From Nitrosopumilaceae archaeon (GTDB taxonomy: Archaea > Thermoproteota > Nitrososphaeria > Nitrososphaerales > Nitrosopumilaceae): DNA of 64,000 bases. The notes under the pieces were generated by a model. The model searched no databases and was not told the DNA's origin. It saw only the letters and a program-made list of their open reading frames with translations. Of this stretch, positions 20,518 through 30,465 are shown one piece after another; position 1 is the first letter of the stretch; each line of letters starts with the position of its first letter. A program made the translations under genes and the position numbers. The stretch is taken from NCBI GenBank assembly GCA_965207375.1, contig OZ242274.1:672001-736000 (forward strand), written 5' to 3'.

Positions 20518-20811
20518 TTAGAAAGTTAATACTTGTGATAAGTTAAATTCTTTGTTTGGCATTCCAAGAGAATCTAACATGTCAGATACTGCATACCATG
20601 CATTTTGCATTGCTTCTTTTTCATCAGCACCATCAGTTACAACACCTGGCAAATCAGGACAAGTAACTATAAAACGTCCATCTTTATCCTGTTGTAAAAT
20701 TACATGATAAATTTTAGTTTGTGGATTAGATGTTTGAAAACCTAAAATTGTCATAGTAATACTTGATGGAAATGATCTAGTCAATTCAATACGTGATGTT
20801 TCTTGTAACAT
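20518..20811 (-). CDS. hicB: HicB family antitoxin, second copy
   Basis: Near-identical to 16125-16418. Confidence 0.88.
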   Translation of the reverse strand: MLQETSRIELTRSFPSSITMTILGFQTSNPQTKIYHVILQQDKDGRFIVTCPDLPGVVTDGADEKEAMQNAWYAVSDMLDSLGMPNKEFNLSQVLTF

Positions 20812-20919
20812 ATGTCTTGCCTCTGATCGTATTATTTTAATCTACATTTAAGGTCAACGTTGTACAGTTACCTTGTTGGAAGCTATTGCCATAATGATAC
20901 ATACAAGGACAATACATAA

Positions 20920-21084
20920 CTATCCGAAATCAGCATCACGTTTTTGACTCTGATTTTCGTTTGCCCTAGCAGCTGCCCTGAACTCGTCATCATGATTTTG
21001 TGGACCGTGACTGCACTTTACACATTCGATTCTAAAACCGTCAGAATTTTTTTCATACTGTTTACATCCGCAAAAGCATGTCAT
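20920..21084 (-). CDS. Small Cys/His-rich protein, 54 aa (not in ORF track)
   Basis: MTCFCGCKQY...ECVKCSHGPQNHDD...FG*; CxCxC and CxxCxH-x4-H. Confidence 0.6.
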   Translation of the reverse strand: MTCFCGCKQYEKNSDGFRIECVKCSHGPQNHDDEFRAAARANENQSQKRDADFG

Positions 21085-21124
21085 GGTTTTGTATGGTACT
21101 ATAATATCATATAATCTATTCTGT

Positions 21125-22867
21125 GATTCTCCAGCGTTATCTGTTGGTCAAAGTCAATATGCAAATTTTCTCCGAATTGCCCGTGCCTAAAATTTCTTCA
21201 ATTGTTACATAGTTTGTTCTTGTGCAGGTAAAAGAGATCAAAAATTTAACCATTTTTTCAAAATTTGTTAACCCACATGATCCAAATACACACGACATGT
21301 AGTCCCATCGATTACCACAATGATGGGACAAACACATCAAAAACCATGTACAGGATCAAAATTTAAACTACACGAAAAATTTGAGGCTATACGAAACAAG
21401 ACATCTACACTGCTTACGCGCAGTACTGACAAAATGACACGAGTTACCAGATGGATGAGTACACGTGTATCCTGGAGTAAGGGTGCACAAGGGCGTGGAA
21501 ACCGTGCCTTGAAAATACTAGAAACACAAAATGCAATAAAAAAAGTCAAACCTAACCATTACACAGTACAGTCCCAATCTAAGGACAACATCAGATATAC
21601 CGTGATACAGAAAAAAAATTCTTGGTCATGTGACTGTCCAGATTACAAATACAGACAAGCTCAATGCAAACACATCCTGGCAGTAATTGCAGATGTAACA
21701 GATAGAGAGGCAGAGACAATAATGGATGGACACCCCAAAGATGCGTCTGAGCTGCCTTGCCAGGACAAACAGATCAAAGATACAGATGACAGCACTGAAA
21801 AGGTCACAGAAATATGTCTAATAGAAATCCCATCCCACTGTATTCGTTGCGGTAACGACCGTCTCATAAAATATGGTCATATACAGCGTCAAAATGGCAT
21901 TACACAGCGATACCAATGCAAAAATTGCAAGCGTGTTTTTGGGTACAGAGGCGGCATGGAACATGCACGAATAGAATCATGGGCAATTCTAGATGCACTT
22001 GATGCCTACTTTAAAGGACATACACCTACTGCAATACAAGACACGCTAGCACAAAAGGGAGTGTATGTGTGTATATCTACGATATACAGATGGATAATCA
22101 AATTTGTAACAATGGCGTATAGATACCTGATGTCACTTTCAATTAATACAGGCAATCGATTCTGTGCAGACGAGGAATACATTTCAATAAGAGGTAAACA
22201 AAATTATCTTTTTGCAGAGACTGATTATGATACCCGATTTTTGCTGGCATTGGAGGTTGCAGACTGCAAGGACGGACACAATGCAGAAAATCTACTCAAA
22301 ACTGCAGCAGTTCGTGCCGGAAAGAAACCTACAGAATTTGTAAGCGATGCCCTGCCCTCATATGCACAGGCATTTGAATCAGTGTATGCTGCACCAAACG
22401 CGATACATCAACATTGTATACACATATCAAATGCAGGAATTTCCAAAAAGAACAACAACAATGTCCAGGAAAGATTCAATGGAACATTACGTTCTATACA
22501 ACGACCCAGACGCGGCATTAAAAGTAAAAACTCGCCAATATTTGCAGGATGTGATATTTATTACAATTTCATGCGACCTCACTCGAGTCTTGGAGGCAGG
22601 ACGCCTGCAGAGGCTGCAGGCATAACTATACACGGACAAAAGTGGAGGACCGTAATATCAAACGCTGCACTGTACGTGCAATAAACTATAATGTCAAAGT
22701 TACATGTGTGATGAAACAGTGACAACTCGGAGAAGATTATGTTCTGCTAATGTGTGATTGCTTTGATAATGTGTGATTGATCTGCTGGTACAGGCAGTAA
22801 TCTAGGCACGGGCAATCCAGAGAAAATTTGTATATTGACTTTTACCAACAATTAATGCTGGAGAATC
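21125..22867 (+). mobile_element. IS6-family element with ~66-bp imperfect TIRs
   Basis: IRs at 21125-21190 and 22802-22867 (GATTCTCCAGC...TTGCCCGTGCCTA); 8-bp TSD TATTCTGT (21117-24/22868-75). Confidence 0.9.
21320..22684 (+). CDS. IS6-family transposase with SWIM and Zn-ribbon N-terminal domains
   Basis: CDCPD...CKH (SWIM); CIRC...YQCKNC; ADE, SDAL, NNVQERFN, YYNFMRPH...TPAEAAG. True start uncertain. Confidence 0.9.
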   Translation: MMGQTHQKPCTGSKFKLHEKFEAIRNKTSTLLTRSTDKMTRVTRWMSTRVSWSKGAQGRGNRALKILETQNAIKKVKPNHYTVQSQSKDNIRYTVIQKKNSWSCDCPDYKYRQAQCKHILAVIADVTDREAETIMDGHPKDASELPCQDKQIKDTDDSTEKVTEICLIEIPSHCIRCGNDRLIKYGHIQRQNGITQRYQCKNCKRVFGYRGGMEHARIESWAILDALDAYFKGHTPTAIQDTLAQKGVYVCISTIYRWIIKFVTMAYRYLMSLSINTGNRFCADEEYISIRGKQNYLFAETDYDTRFLLALEVADCKDGHNAENLLKTAAVRAGKKPTEFVSDALPSYAQAFESVYAAPNAIHQHCIHISNAGISKKNNNNVQERFNGTLRSIQRPRRGIKSKNSPIFAGCDIYYNFMRPHSSLGGRTPAEAAGITIHGQKWRTVISNAALYVQ

Positions 22868-23322
22868 TATTCTGTAACTGCCTCACAGCATGAACCCTTT
22901 GGAATTTCATGTCCGTGTGGGCACACCCTTGGGTGATTCAGCATGGTACATAGCGCATCGGTAAACTGCTTATTCATGTGATGTTCAATGCCACAGACCA
23001 TTTCTTCATCTATCTCAACCTTTAATGCGCTATCCATCAATACCTCCAATAACCTACTGTTTCTCATCATGCTTGCACCTATTTTTTCACCATCCTCTGT
23101 GAGGCTTACTCCAGCCTTTGAATAGTTGACCAAATTTTGACTGCTCAATTTTTTTAGCATCTGAACTACACTTGGCTGTCTTACGTTGAGCATCTTTGCA
23201 ATGCTGCTAATCTTGACGTCCTGACCCCGTTCCTTAATGTGCCATATTGCCTTTAGGTACATCTCGACATGTTCTGCCTCGGCTGTTCCCACAAACAGAA
23301 TCTCGTCATTTGTCGCCTCCAT
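22867..23322 (-). CDS. DtxR/MntR family metal-dependent regulator
   Basis: EMYLKAIW, HTH, RLLE, CGIEH, CPHGHEIP. Confidence 0.92.
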   Translation of the reverse strand: MEATNDEILFVGTAEAEHVEMYLKAIWHIKERGQDVKISSIAKMLNVRQPSVVQMLKKLSSQNLVNYSKAGVSLTEDGEKIGASMMRNSRLLEVLMDSALKVEIDEEMVCGIEHHMNKQFTDALCTMLNHPRVCPHGHEIPKGSCCEAVTE

Positions 23323-23324
23323 AT

Positions 23325-24092
23325 CTATACCTTCTTTGAATCTTTTAATAAATATTCAAAGTATTCCCTTGCAAAACCTGCCAATCCAGCATGATCCGCC
23401 CAGATTGCCACTGCCTCTGAACTGTTGGTTCCTCCGATTTCACCACCCAATAAAATCACAACATATCTTTTATCAGAGATAATGCCTCCGCCAAACAGGC
23501 CTTTTTTTATCTTGACAGTTGCCACCCTAGATGCTGCCTTTAGCGCTTCTTTGTCCATCTTGTCTGATGTAAGTATTGTAATTTTGATTCCTTTATCATG
23601 TAACAGTCGCAGCTTTGGCAGTGCCTGTTTTACCAGTTCCTGGCTTGCCTCAGGCAATGCAATCAAAACCTCATTTCTGCAATTTTCCACCATTTCTAGT
23701 ATCTTTGTGGCAATGTTTATGGTACCTGACAATACCCAGATGTCAGGCTTTTCACTTGTCCCACTTTTTTCGTATAGGGGTACAAGCTCGTTTAGAATTA
23801 TAGTTTGATTCTGCAAAAAATCAAGCTCCATTTTCTGCTTTGTGGTTTCTATACCAGTTGCAGGCGACTTTGCAAAATATTTTGTAGGCCTAGAGTCATC
23901 TGATCCTATCCATCCCTTTTCTTCTAATGTACCCAAAACCTCGTAAATCTTTGAATATGGGACTCCTGATCTCTGGCTCAACTCCGAGGCTGTGAGTTCC
24001 GTAGAGGTCAGCAGTGACGTAAATGTTTTAATCTCATAACTTGTCAATCCTATCTTATCTAGGGACTTTCTGGTCTTGTCTGAGATGCTCAT
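23325..24092 (-). CDS. TrmB family transcriptional regulator
   Basis: GLTSYE, SGVPYSKIYEVL..LEEKGW, RPTKY. Confidence 0.92.
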   Translation of the reverse strand: MSISDKTRKSLDKIGLTSYEIKTFTSLLTSTELTASELSQRSGVPYSKIYEVLGTLEEKGWIGSDDSRPTKYFAKSPATGIETTKQKMELDFLQNQTIILNELVPLYEKSGTSEKPDIWVLSGTINIATKILEMVENCRNEVLIALPEASQELVKQALPKLRLLHDKGIKITILTSDKMDKEALKAASRVATVKIKKGLFGGGIISDKRYVVILLGGEIGGTNSSEAVAIWADHAGLAGFAREYFEYLLKDSKKV

Positions 24093-24206
24093 GCGATCTA
24101 GTTTTTAGTTTTTGCTATTTAAACCCGCCACGACTGTATCCTAAATTACCTCGGGGGTAGAGTGGGAAATGCATTATATACTAATTTGCTAGAATTTTTC
24201 TAGTAT

Positions 24207-25871
24207 ATGGCATTAATACAAATTTCCAATCAATCTACAGTACCTGTAGGCAAAAAATCAACAATACGATTTACCCAGAGTATCTGTCCTGACTGCAACA
24301 TGATTTTAGATGCAGAGGTTTTTGAAAGAGACAACAAGGTGTTTATGTCAAAAATTTGTCCGACTCACGGCGAATGTGAGGAACTCTATTTTGGCTCTTA
24401 TGAGCTGTATAACAAATTCAGTACGTACTGGGTGGATGGCAAGGGTGCACACGCCCCAAATGTTATGATTGACAAGTGTTCATGTCCAAACAATTGTGGA
24501 CTCTGCTCAAATCACCTGTCTCACAGTGGTCTTGCAAACATGATTGTTACAAACAGATGTGATCTGACTTGCTGGTACTGTTTCTTTTATGTCAAAAAAG
24601 GATTGGAGGGTGCATACATGTACGAACCATCCCGTGATCAGGTCAGAGCAATGATGAAGACACTAAAGGCAGAAAGGCCGATTCCAGGAAACTCTATGCA
24701 GATTACAGGCGGTGAGCCGATGCTGCGTGAGGATATTACAAAAGTTATCAAAATTATGAAGGAGGAGGGTGTTGATCACATCCAGATGAACACCAATGGA
24801 ATAAGACACGCAATGGACCCAGAGGCTGCACGCGATGTAAGGCTTGCAGGCTGCAATAACCTGTATCTCAGCTTTGACGGCGTAACTGCAAGAACAAATC
24901 CTAAAAATCACTGGGAAATTCCTTATGCACTAGACAGCTGTAGAAAGACCGGTACTACCGTAGTGTTTGTTCCAACTGTAATAAAGTCAATTAATGATCA
25001 CGAACTAGGCGGAATTATAAGATATGCACAAAAGAACATGGACGTGGTTCACGCTGTAAACTTTCAGCCCGTATCTCTTACAGGTAGAATGGGCAAGACC
25101 GAACGTGAAAAGTATAGAATTACTGTACCTGATTGTATTCAAAGAATCGAAGAGCAGACAGGCGGCGAGGTCACAATGGATGACTGGTTCCCAGTACCTA
25201 GTTGCATGCCGCTGACAAATGTAATTGAGGCATTCTCAAGCAAGCCAAAGTACGAACTTTCAATCCACTTTGCATGCGGTGCAGGAACATATGTCTTTGA
25301 GGACGCAGATACCAAAAAGTTTGTTCCACTGACAAAATTCTGTGACATTCAGGGCATGCTTGAACTATTTGAGGACAAGGCCGAAGAGATTCGTTCTGGC
25401 AAAAACAAGTACTTTACGATGCTTGAAGTAGTAAGAAAACTCTCAAGCTTTGTTGACAAGAAAAAGCAACCAGCCGGTCTTGATTTGGCAAAGATGTTTG
25501 GCAATATTTTGATGAAGAGATCCTTTGATGCAGTAGGTTCTTGGCATGTAAAGGGACTATTTTTGGGCATGATGCACTTTCAGGACAAGTACAATGAGGA
25601 TCTTGAGCGACTGCAAAGATGTGATATTCATTATGTTACGCCGGACCTTAGAATCATCCCATTTTGCGCATTTAATGTGATTCCAGAATGGTACAGGGAC
25701 AGAATTCAAAAGAAATATTCCATAACCGTAGAGGAATGGGAACAACGCGAGGGCGTAAAACTTGAAGACGGCTTGTACCGTGGTCTAATGAGACGCGGAG
25801 CAGGTGATGAGCTTGCAGCAGGATGTGCAAAAAGCGAAATGTTCCACCAGACATCTCAGGCTACGATGTAA
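24207..25871 (+). CDS. tes: Radical SAM tetraether lipid synthase (Tes/GDGT-MAS)
   Basis: N-terminal CPDC..CPTHG; CPNNCGLCSNH; SAM motif CDLTCWYC; TGGEP; FQPVS; C-terminal CDIHY...IPFC. Confidence 0.88.
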   Translation: MALIQISNQSTVPVGKKSTIRFTQSICPDCNMILDAEVFERDNKVFMSKICPTHGECEELYFGSYELYNKFSTYWVDGKGAHAPNVMIDKCSCPNNCGLCSNHLSHSGLANMIVTNRCDLTCWYCFFYVKKGLEGAYMYEPSRDQVRAMMKTLKAERPIPGNSMQITGGEPMLREDITKVIKIMKEEGVDHIQMNTNGIRHAMDPEAARDVRLAGCNNLYLSFDGVTARTNPKNHWEIPYALDSCRKTGTTVVFVPTVIKSINDHELGGIIRYAQKNMDVVHAVNFQPVSLTGRMGKTEREKYRITVPDCIQRIEEQTGGEVTMDDWFPVPSCMPLTNVIEAFSSKPKYELSIHFACGAGTYVFEDADTKKFVPLTKFCDIQGMLELFEDKAEEIRSGKNKYFTMLEVVRKLSSFVDKKKQPAGLDLAKMFGNILMKRSFDAVGSWHVKGLFLGMMHFQDKYNEDLERLQRCDIHYVTPDLRIIPFCAFNVIPEWYRDRIQKKYSITVEEWEQREGVKLEDGLYRGLMRRGAGDELAAGCAKSEMFHQTSQATM

Positions 25872-25878
25872 ATCAAAG

Positions 25879-26154
25879 ATGAATACAGAAACTCTAGATA
25901 ATTTTATTGATGTGATTTTAGAAAAAAACAGTGTACAACCATATGCTATTTTTTCTGATAAAAATTATGGTAACGAGGATATGGTATGCAGCTTTTTTAG
26001 CTTTCTGGTATCAAAATGTATTCTCAGATGTGCCCCTAGATACATCGATAATGGGGTGTATGTATTTTCAAATCCGGGACGCATAATAATGCAGGATAAA
26101 GCAAAGAGAACATCATTTATTGAAGAATTTATGAAATTCTATGATCCATGTTAA
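25879..26154 (+). CDS. Hypothetical protein
   Basis: 91-aa ORF (MNTETL...) starting 7 bp after the tes stop. Confidence 0.6.
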   Translation: MNTETLDNFIDVILEKNSVQPYAIFSDKNYGNEDMVCSFFSFLVSKCILRCAPRYIDNGVYVFSNPGRIIMQDKAKRTSFIEEFMKFYDPC

Positions 26155-26290
26155 TGCCTTGTTGTTGTAACTGATCCATCTGGGAGATTTTATGCCTAAA
26201 ACTTGCAAAGTTTTTAGTTTTAAATGGCTCTTACACAAAATTTCCAAATATGGTGATCTATTACTTTTTATTTTGTGACATGTATGATAA

Positions 26291-26944
26291 ATGATGACTC
26301 AAGAATTGCTTCCAAACTCGACTAGTGTATTTTTGGGACAATATTTCTATAGGCAGAAAACCCGAGATAGAACAATTGATGATATCGAAATACCAATAAA
26401 CAAAATCATCTCTTCAATAATTGAATCTACACCAAAAGAGTGTGTCATTAAAGAATCGGACATAAAGAAATTCATGGAAAATTGCAAGAATATTACATCT
26501 ATATTGTATAACAAATATGGTTTTCAAAAAACAACAGAATTAGATTTAGAAATATATGAAATGTGTTTGTCAAAAATTGATCAATCTGGTTTATCAAATA
26601 AAAACAAAGATATGTTACATTATTTATTGAATTCATTAAGAGATTACACATTAAACATTGCTAATATTTCTACTAGGGAAAAGGAATTAGAGTATGCATA
26701 TAAACAAATTGATTATGTGGATTTTCAGACATCGCTTTATGGGGGTCTGCTTGCATTTGTTTGTATAATGGTGGCAATATTAGGATCGCCTGTAATTCAA
26801 ATACCACCAGATGTTTTGACACTTTTGATAAATGAGGGTTTTCGTTTTGCATCTGACATTGATTCCTATATTGATACCCTTGATATATTGACAAACCCTC
26901 AGGAATTAGATCTTTTGAAAAAATCAGAATCTGCTATAAAGTGA
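26291..26944 (+). CDS. Putative enlarged antitoxin
   Basis: 217 aa, helical; ends IDTLDILTNPQELDLLKKSE (Phd/YefM-like tail); 4 bp before relE. Confidence 0.55.
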   Translation: MMTQELLPNSTSVFLGQYFYRQKTRDRTIDDIEIPINKIISSIIESTPKECVIKESDIKKFMENCKNITSILYNKYGFQKTTELDLEIYEMCLSKIDQSGLSNKNKDMLHYLLNSLRDYTLNIANISTREKELEYAYKQIDYVDFQTSLYGGLLAFVCIMVAILGSPVIQIPPDVLTLLINEGFRFASDIDSYIDTLDILTNPQELDLLKKSESAIK

Positions 26945-26948
26945 TACG

Positions 26949-27239
26949 TTGCAAAATACAGAAACCTTTGAGCTTATTTCCACTATGCAGTATACAAAGT
27001 GCAGAAAAAAATTAAATGATTATCACATGTCTGATTTAGATAATGTTTTAGACGAGCTCAAGAAAAGACCGTATCCACCATTAGTAAAGTCTCTAAAAGG
27101 AAAACTCAAAGGAAAATATGTTACTAGGTTCGCAGAACAATCACACAGACTAGTAATTACCATTAATTGGAGTTCTCGATCAATAGTTTTGCTCTATTTG
27201 GCTTCAAGATCTCGTGTTTATACTGGAAAAATGTGGTAA
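26949..27239 (+). CDS. RelE/ParE family toxin
   Basis: L..RPY, KSLKGKLKGKY..R, HRLVITI, YLASRSRVY. Confidence 0.85.
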   Translation: MQNTETFELISTMQYTKCRKKLNDYHMSDLDNVLDELKKRPYPPLVKSLKGKLKGKYVTRFAEQSHRLVITINWSSRSIVLLYLASRSRVYTGKMW

Positions 27240-27260
27240 TACGACTCTAGGTGCCTACTG

Positions 27261-27344
27261 GTAAATGACTAGATTCGGCATAACGAGTTTACGTAAGACG
27301 TGCCTAGAATTGAATATGCAGATACAGTGAATCTAGCCTCTTAC
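27261..27344. mobile_element. 84-bp MITE (GTAAGAGGC-end family), copy B
   Basis: GTAAATGACTAGATTC...GAATCTAGCCTCTTAC; core CGAGTTTACGT...CGTGCCTAGAATT shared with copy C. Confidence 0.75.
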
Positions 27345-27512
27345 GTGCAACTGCCGTCTGTTTCTGTCACATCTTTGATCTGATTGAAACAGAGATTTCA
27401 ACAACCATGAATGCGTGCCAAATTATGAATTCTCAGATTAATGCTTACAAAAGAAGCATGCCGTGATTCATTATCACTTTTTATATAACCAAAGACCATA
27501 AGGAGTATAGAG

Positions 27513-28937
27513 ATGAATAAACCTATACTTTTGTCAATATCTTTATTGATGGCCATGATAATGGTTTCAGGAGTAACATATGCCCAAACTACCGGAGAAA
27601 TTAACGACAGTGTCATGATAGACATTGAACCAAAAGATAAGACAGTAGGGCCAATAGGTGTGACCGATGAGCTAACAAAGAAAATTAAAGAATTGGAGAA
27701 TAATTACAACAAAATAAAAGAAAATTTTGAGCAGCCCTTAAAATCAGATGATAAAATAAGGCAGTTAAAATCTGATTATATACAAAAGACTAGAGAGCTA
27801 AATGAACTGTTACATGTAGCGCCTACAAGAGATTTTCTTGCAGAATGGAATGCACTTGATTTGCAAATAATGACTCTTGAAGAAAAGCAGGAATACGAGT
27901 ACTCAGAATACAGGCAACAGAGCATAAATGAGCTGTATAAACAACTAGAATTACTAGATCAACAGAGCATAAATTCGATGAAATTAGATCCTGCTGTAGA
28001 AAAAAAATTGCTCAATATAGAACAAAAACTGTACAATAAATATTCAAACTATACCTCAAATACATACGTTGGAGAAAGCTCAGTAGAATTTCCTTACATT
28101 GATTACGAACAACAAAGAATAGTTCTCCTAATTGATGAAAATAATACTCTTACAGAATCTGACATGAATTCAATCTCAATTGCACATGATGTGATGAAGA
28201 CATACGGTACAAGTGACATATCAGTGGAATTTACAAGCATTGTAGAGCTCTCATGTTCTAAAGTTACTGATGACTGTGATCCTCTAATTGGCGGAATTGC
28301 ACTTGCAAGAGATGATTCAAAAAACTCACTTGCTGGCACTGTTGGATTTAGAGCAAAAGATAGCAATGATAATGTGGGATTTGTAACTGCAGGACACGTG
28401 GTTCAATTCAAAGATTCGACTAACACACAGATGCGACAACCTGTAGGAGGTTCTGTAGTAGGTACAATTCCGAGTAATGGTGATGATGTCTGTTATACGG
28501 GTGGAGGAGTAGACAAAAATGAAAGAACTAGTAATAATAAATCATGTGACTTTGCATTTGTAACGATGAAAAGTAATGTATCAATTTCTGATGACATATA
28601 CAAGTCATCTAAAAGTACATATGACATCAATGATATGGCAGTAAAATCTGATCAAATACCTGGTAAATTACTAAAGTGGGTTGGTGCAACAAGTGGAGTA
28701 AATACTGCAAAGATAAAGTCCTATAACACACATTTGGACACAGTAACTCTTGTGACTAATTCTGTAGCTATTCAGGGTGATAGCGGTGGACCTGTTTTTG
28801 AATCTACTACAGGAGCTAGAAATACATTTAGTGCTAAAGTGTTTGGAATTATAACTAGCAGTAGCACGACCGACGAAATTTATTATCAGCCCACACATAA
28901 AATAATGGATGAGTTGAATCTCAAATCGTATAATTGA
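27513..28937 (+). CDS. Secreted chymotrypsin-like (S1) serine protease with long pro-region
   Basis: Signal peptide; catalytic triad motifs TAGH, CDFAFV, GDSGG. Confidence 0.85.
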   Translation: MNKPILLSISLLMAMIMVSGVTYAQTTGEINDSVMIDIEPKDKTVGPIGVTDELTKKIKELENNYNKIKENFEQPLKSDDKIRQLKSDYIQKTRELNELLHVAPTRDFLAEWNALDLQIMTLEEKQEYEYSEYRQQSINELYKQLELLDQQSINSMKLDPAVEKKLLNIEQKLYNKYSNYTSNTYVGESSVEFPYIDYEQQRIVLLIDENNTLTESDMNSISIAHDVMKTYGTSDISVEFTSIVELSCSKVTDDCDPLIGGIALARDDSKNSLAGTVGFRAKDSNDNVGFVTAGHVVQFKDSTNTQMRQPVGGSVVGTIPSNGDDVCYTGGGVDKNERTSNNKSCDFAFVTMKSNVSISDDIYKSSKSTYDINDMAVKSDQIPGKLLKWVGATSGVNTAKIKSYNTHLDTVTLVTNSVAIQGDSGGPVFESTTGARNTFSAKVFGIITSSSTTDEIYYQPTHKIMDELNLKSYN

Positions 28938-30178
28938 TTCTTTTTTTGATTATATTTGCAGCATTGTTTATCCCATTAGCGTATGCAGATGAACAATGGG
29001 ATACCGTTTCTATTTTTGATCAGAGCAATAGTACACAATATCTTTTTCACTATTCTGTTAAAAATTCCACCTTTGTATTTATTCAACCATATGACTCAGT
29101 ACCTTTTCCACTCCCTTCTTTCACATTTGATACATCTAAAAATATGGACGGATATCTAAAATTTAAAATACCAAAAAATTACCCTTTTTACTCTACTATG
29201 GAACCATTTACAGTTTCTGTCTCAGACTATCAAGAAAATAGTTATAGTCTGGCTCATCTTGTTGAGAACGACTTTTCAAATGACTGTTTTTATGAAATAG
29301 ATCTATTTGTAGGCAATCTAACAATAGTTGAATTTACTAGTTTTCTTCCACTAGTACCATATTGGACATTTGAATCACAAAATGTGCCAGCTGAGTGTCT
29401 TTTGCAAACAATTGCAGGATATGTGCCATTTTCTGATGATGACTGGAAAATCTATGAATCAAGTGTGAATTTAAGTGACTCATCACAGAGTTTCAATATT
29501 CCGTATCAACTACATGGTGGCACAATTGATACGATTCAAATTGATCAAAAAGCAACGTCTTTTCTCATGGTTTTAAAAAACAACACTGGAAACGAACTCA
29601 AAATCGTCATACCTCGTAATCTATTTGATACTAAATCCTCAATTGAAATGGATCGACCGTTTTTTGTCCTAGTCGATGGTCTAAAAACACACTATATTGA
29701 GACTAAAAATCAGTGTTATAGGAATCTGTCAATTCCAATAAATACAGATTCCAAACTAGTAGAAATAATTGATAACAATAATGCAGAAAATCCAAAAAAA
29801 TCAATCCCCACTCTTTACGTAGAGACTGACAAGGATCACTATTCAGATGGTCAAACAATAGTGGTAAAAGGATGTGTGTCTTTGAGCTCTGAGGCAGGTG
29901 ATGTCTCTATTGACATTTTAGATTCTTATGGTAAAGTTTATCACAATTTTTTGGCGTACCCAAATGAGAATGGAACATTTTCAGCTTCATTTGTAATTAA
30001 TGATACATCAGTTGATGCCCAATATACTGTCAGGGCAGAATATGAAGGACATGTTACTGTGAATACTTTTACTGTACCTGAATTTCCAACTGCATATTTG
30101 GTTTTGTTCGTTGCTGTGATCTCAATTATATTGTTTACCAAAAAAGGAGGCCATGTCCTACATAAATCAAATATTTGA
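28934..30178 (+). CDS. Cell-surface protein with PEF-CTERM sorting signal
   Basis: Signal peptide; Ig-like segments (VETDKDHYSDG, NGTFS); C-terminal VPEFP + TM + KK. Confidence 0.85.
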   Translation: MILFLIIFAALFIPLAYADEQWDTVSIFDQSNSTQYLFHYSVKNSTFVFIQPYDSVPFPLPSFTFDTSKNMDGYLKFKIPKNYPFYSTMEPFTVSVSDYQENSYSLAHLVENDFSNDCFYEIDLFVGNLTIVEFTSFLPLVPYWTFESQNVPAECLLQTIAGYVPFSDDDWKIYESSVNLSDSSQSFNIPYQLHGGTIDTIQIDQKATSFLMVLKNNTGNELKIVIPRNLFDTKSSIEMDRPFFVLVDGLKTHYIETKNQCYRNLSIPINTDSKLVEIIDNNNAENPKKSIPTLYVETDKDHYSDGQTIVVKGCVSLSSEAGDVSIDILDSYGKVYHNFLAYPNENGTFSASFVINDTSVDAQYTVRAEYEGHVTVNTFTVPEFPTAYLVLFVAVISIILFTKKGGHVLHKSNI

Positions 30179-30202
30179 AATCTAGTAAGCATGGATCTAA
30201 GT

Positions 30203-30334
30203 CTATCTCAGTATTATCATTTTATTTTCTTTCATTTTTTCAATTATTTGCGTCAGGGGTTTGTGAAGCAGTTCTGCTGCTCGTAGGGAGCTGATCTTTT
30301 CTTTTTTTAGCAAAGACAGTATGTGATTTTCCAT
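30203..30334 (-). pseudogene. UPF0175-like antitoxin remnant
   Basis: MENHILSLLKKEKISSLRAAELLHKPLTQIIEKMKENKMIILR*; upstream part disrupted by two MITEs. Confidence 0.5.
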
Positions 30335-30345
30335 ATACGTTGTTT

Positions 30346-30425
30346 GTACTTGTTCACCTTATACCTAATTTTTCAATCCTTACATCACCATCTGGACACA
30401 AATTAACTCTTCCGTGAACAAGTAC
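30346..30425. mobile_element. 80-bp IS66-type MITE
   Basis: TIR GTACTTGTTCAC identical to the IS at 40693-42187; 8-bp TSD CGTTGTTT. Confidence 0.92.
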
Positions 30426-30465
30426 CGTTGTTTTATTTTGCCATAATTATTGATTATGAATTTTG

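Noticed and set aside
14314-20900. Integron-like cassette array
   Set aside because: No IntI-like recombinase and no repeated attC-like site. The boundaries are gene-end duplications and IS/MITE ends.
24207-25871. Novel radical SAM system
   Set aside because: Motif layout fits the known tetraether lipid synthase, which is expected in this lineage.
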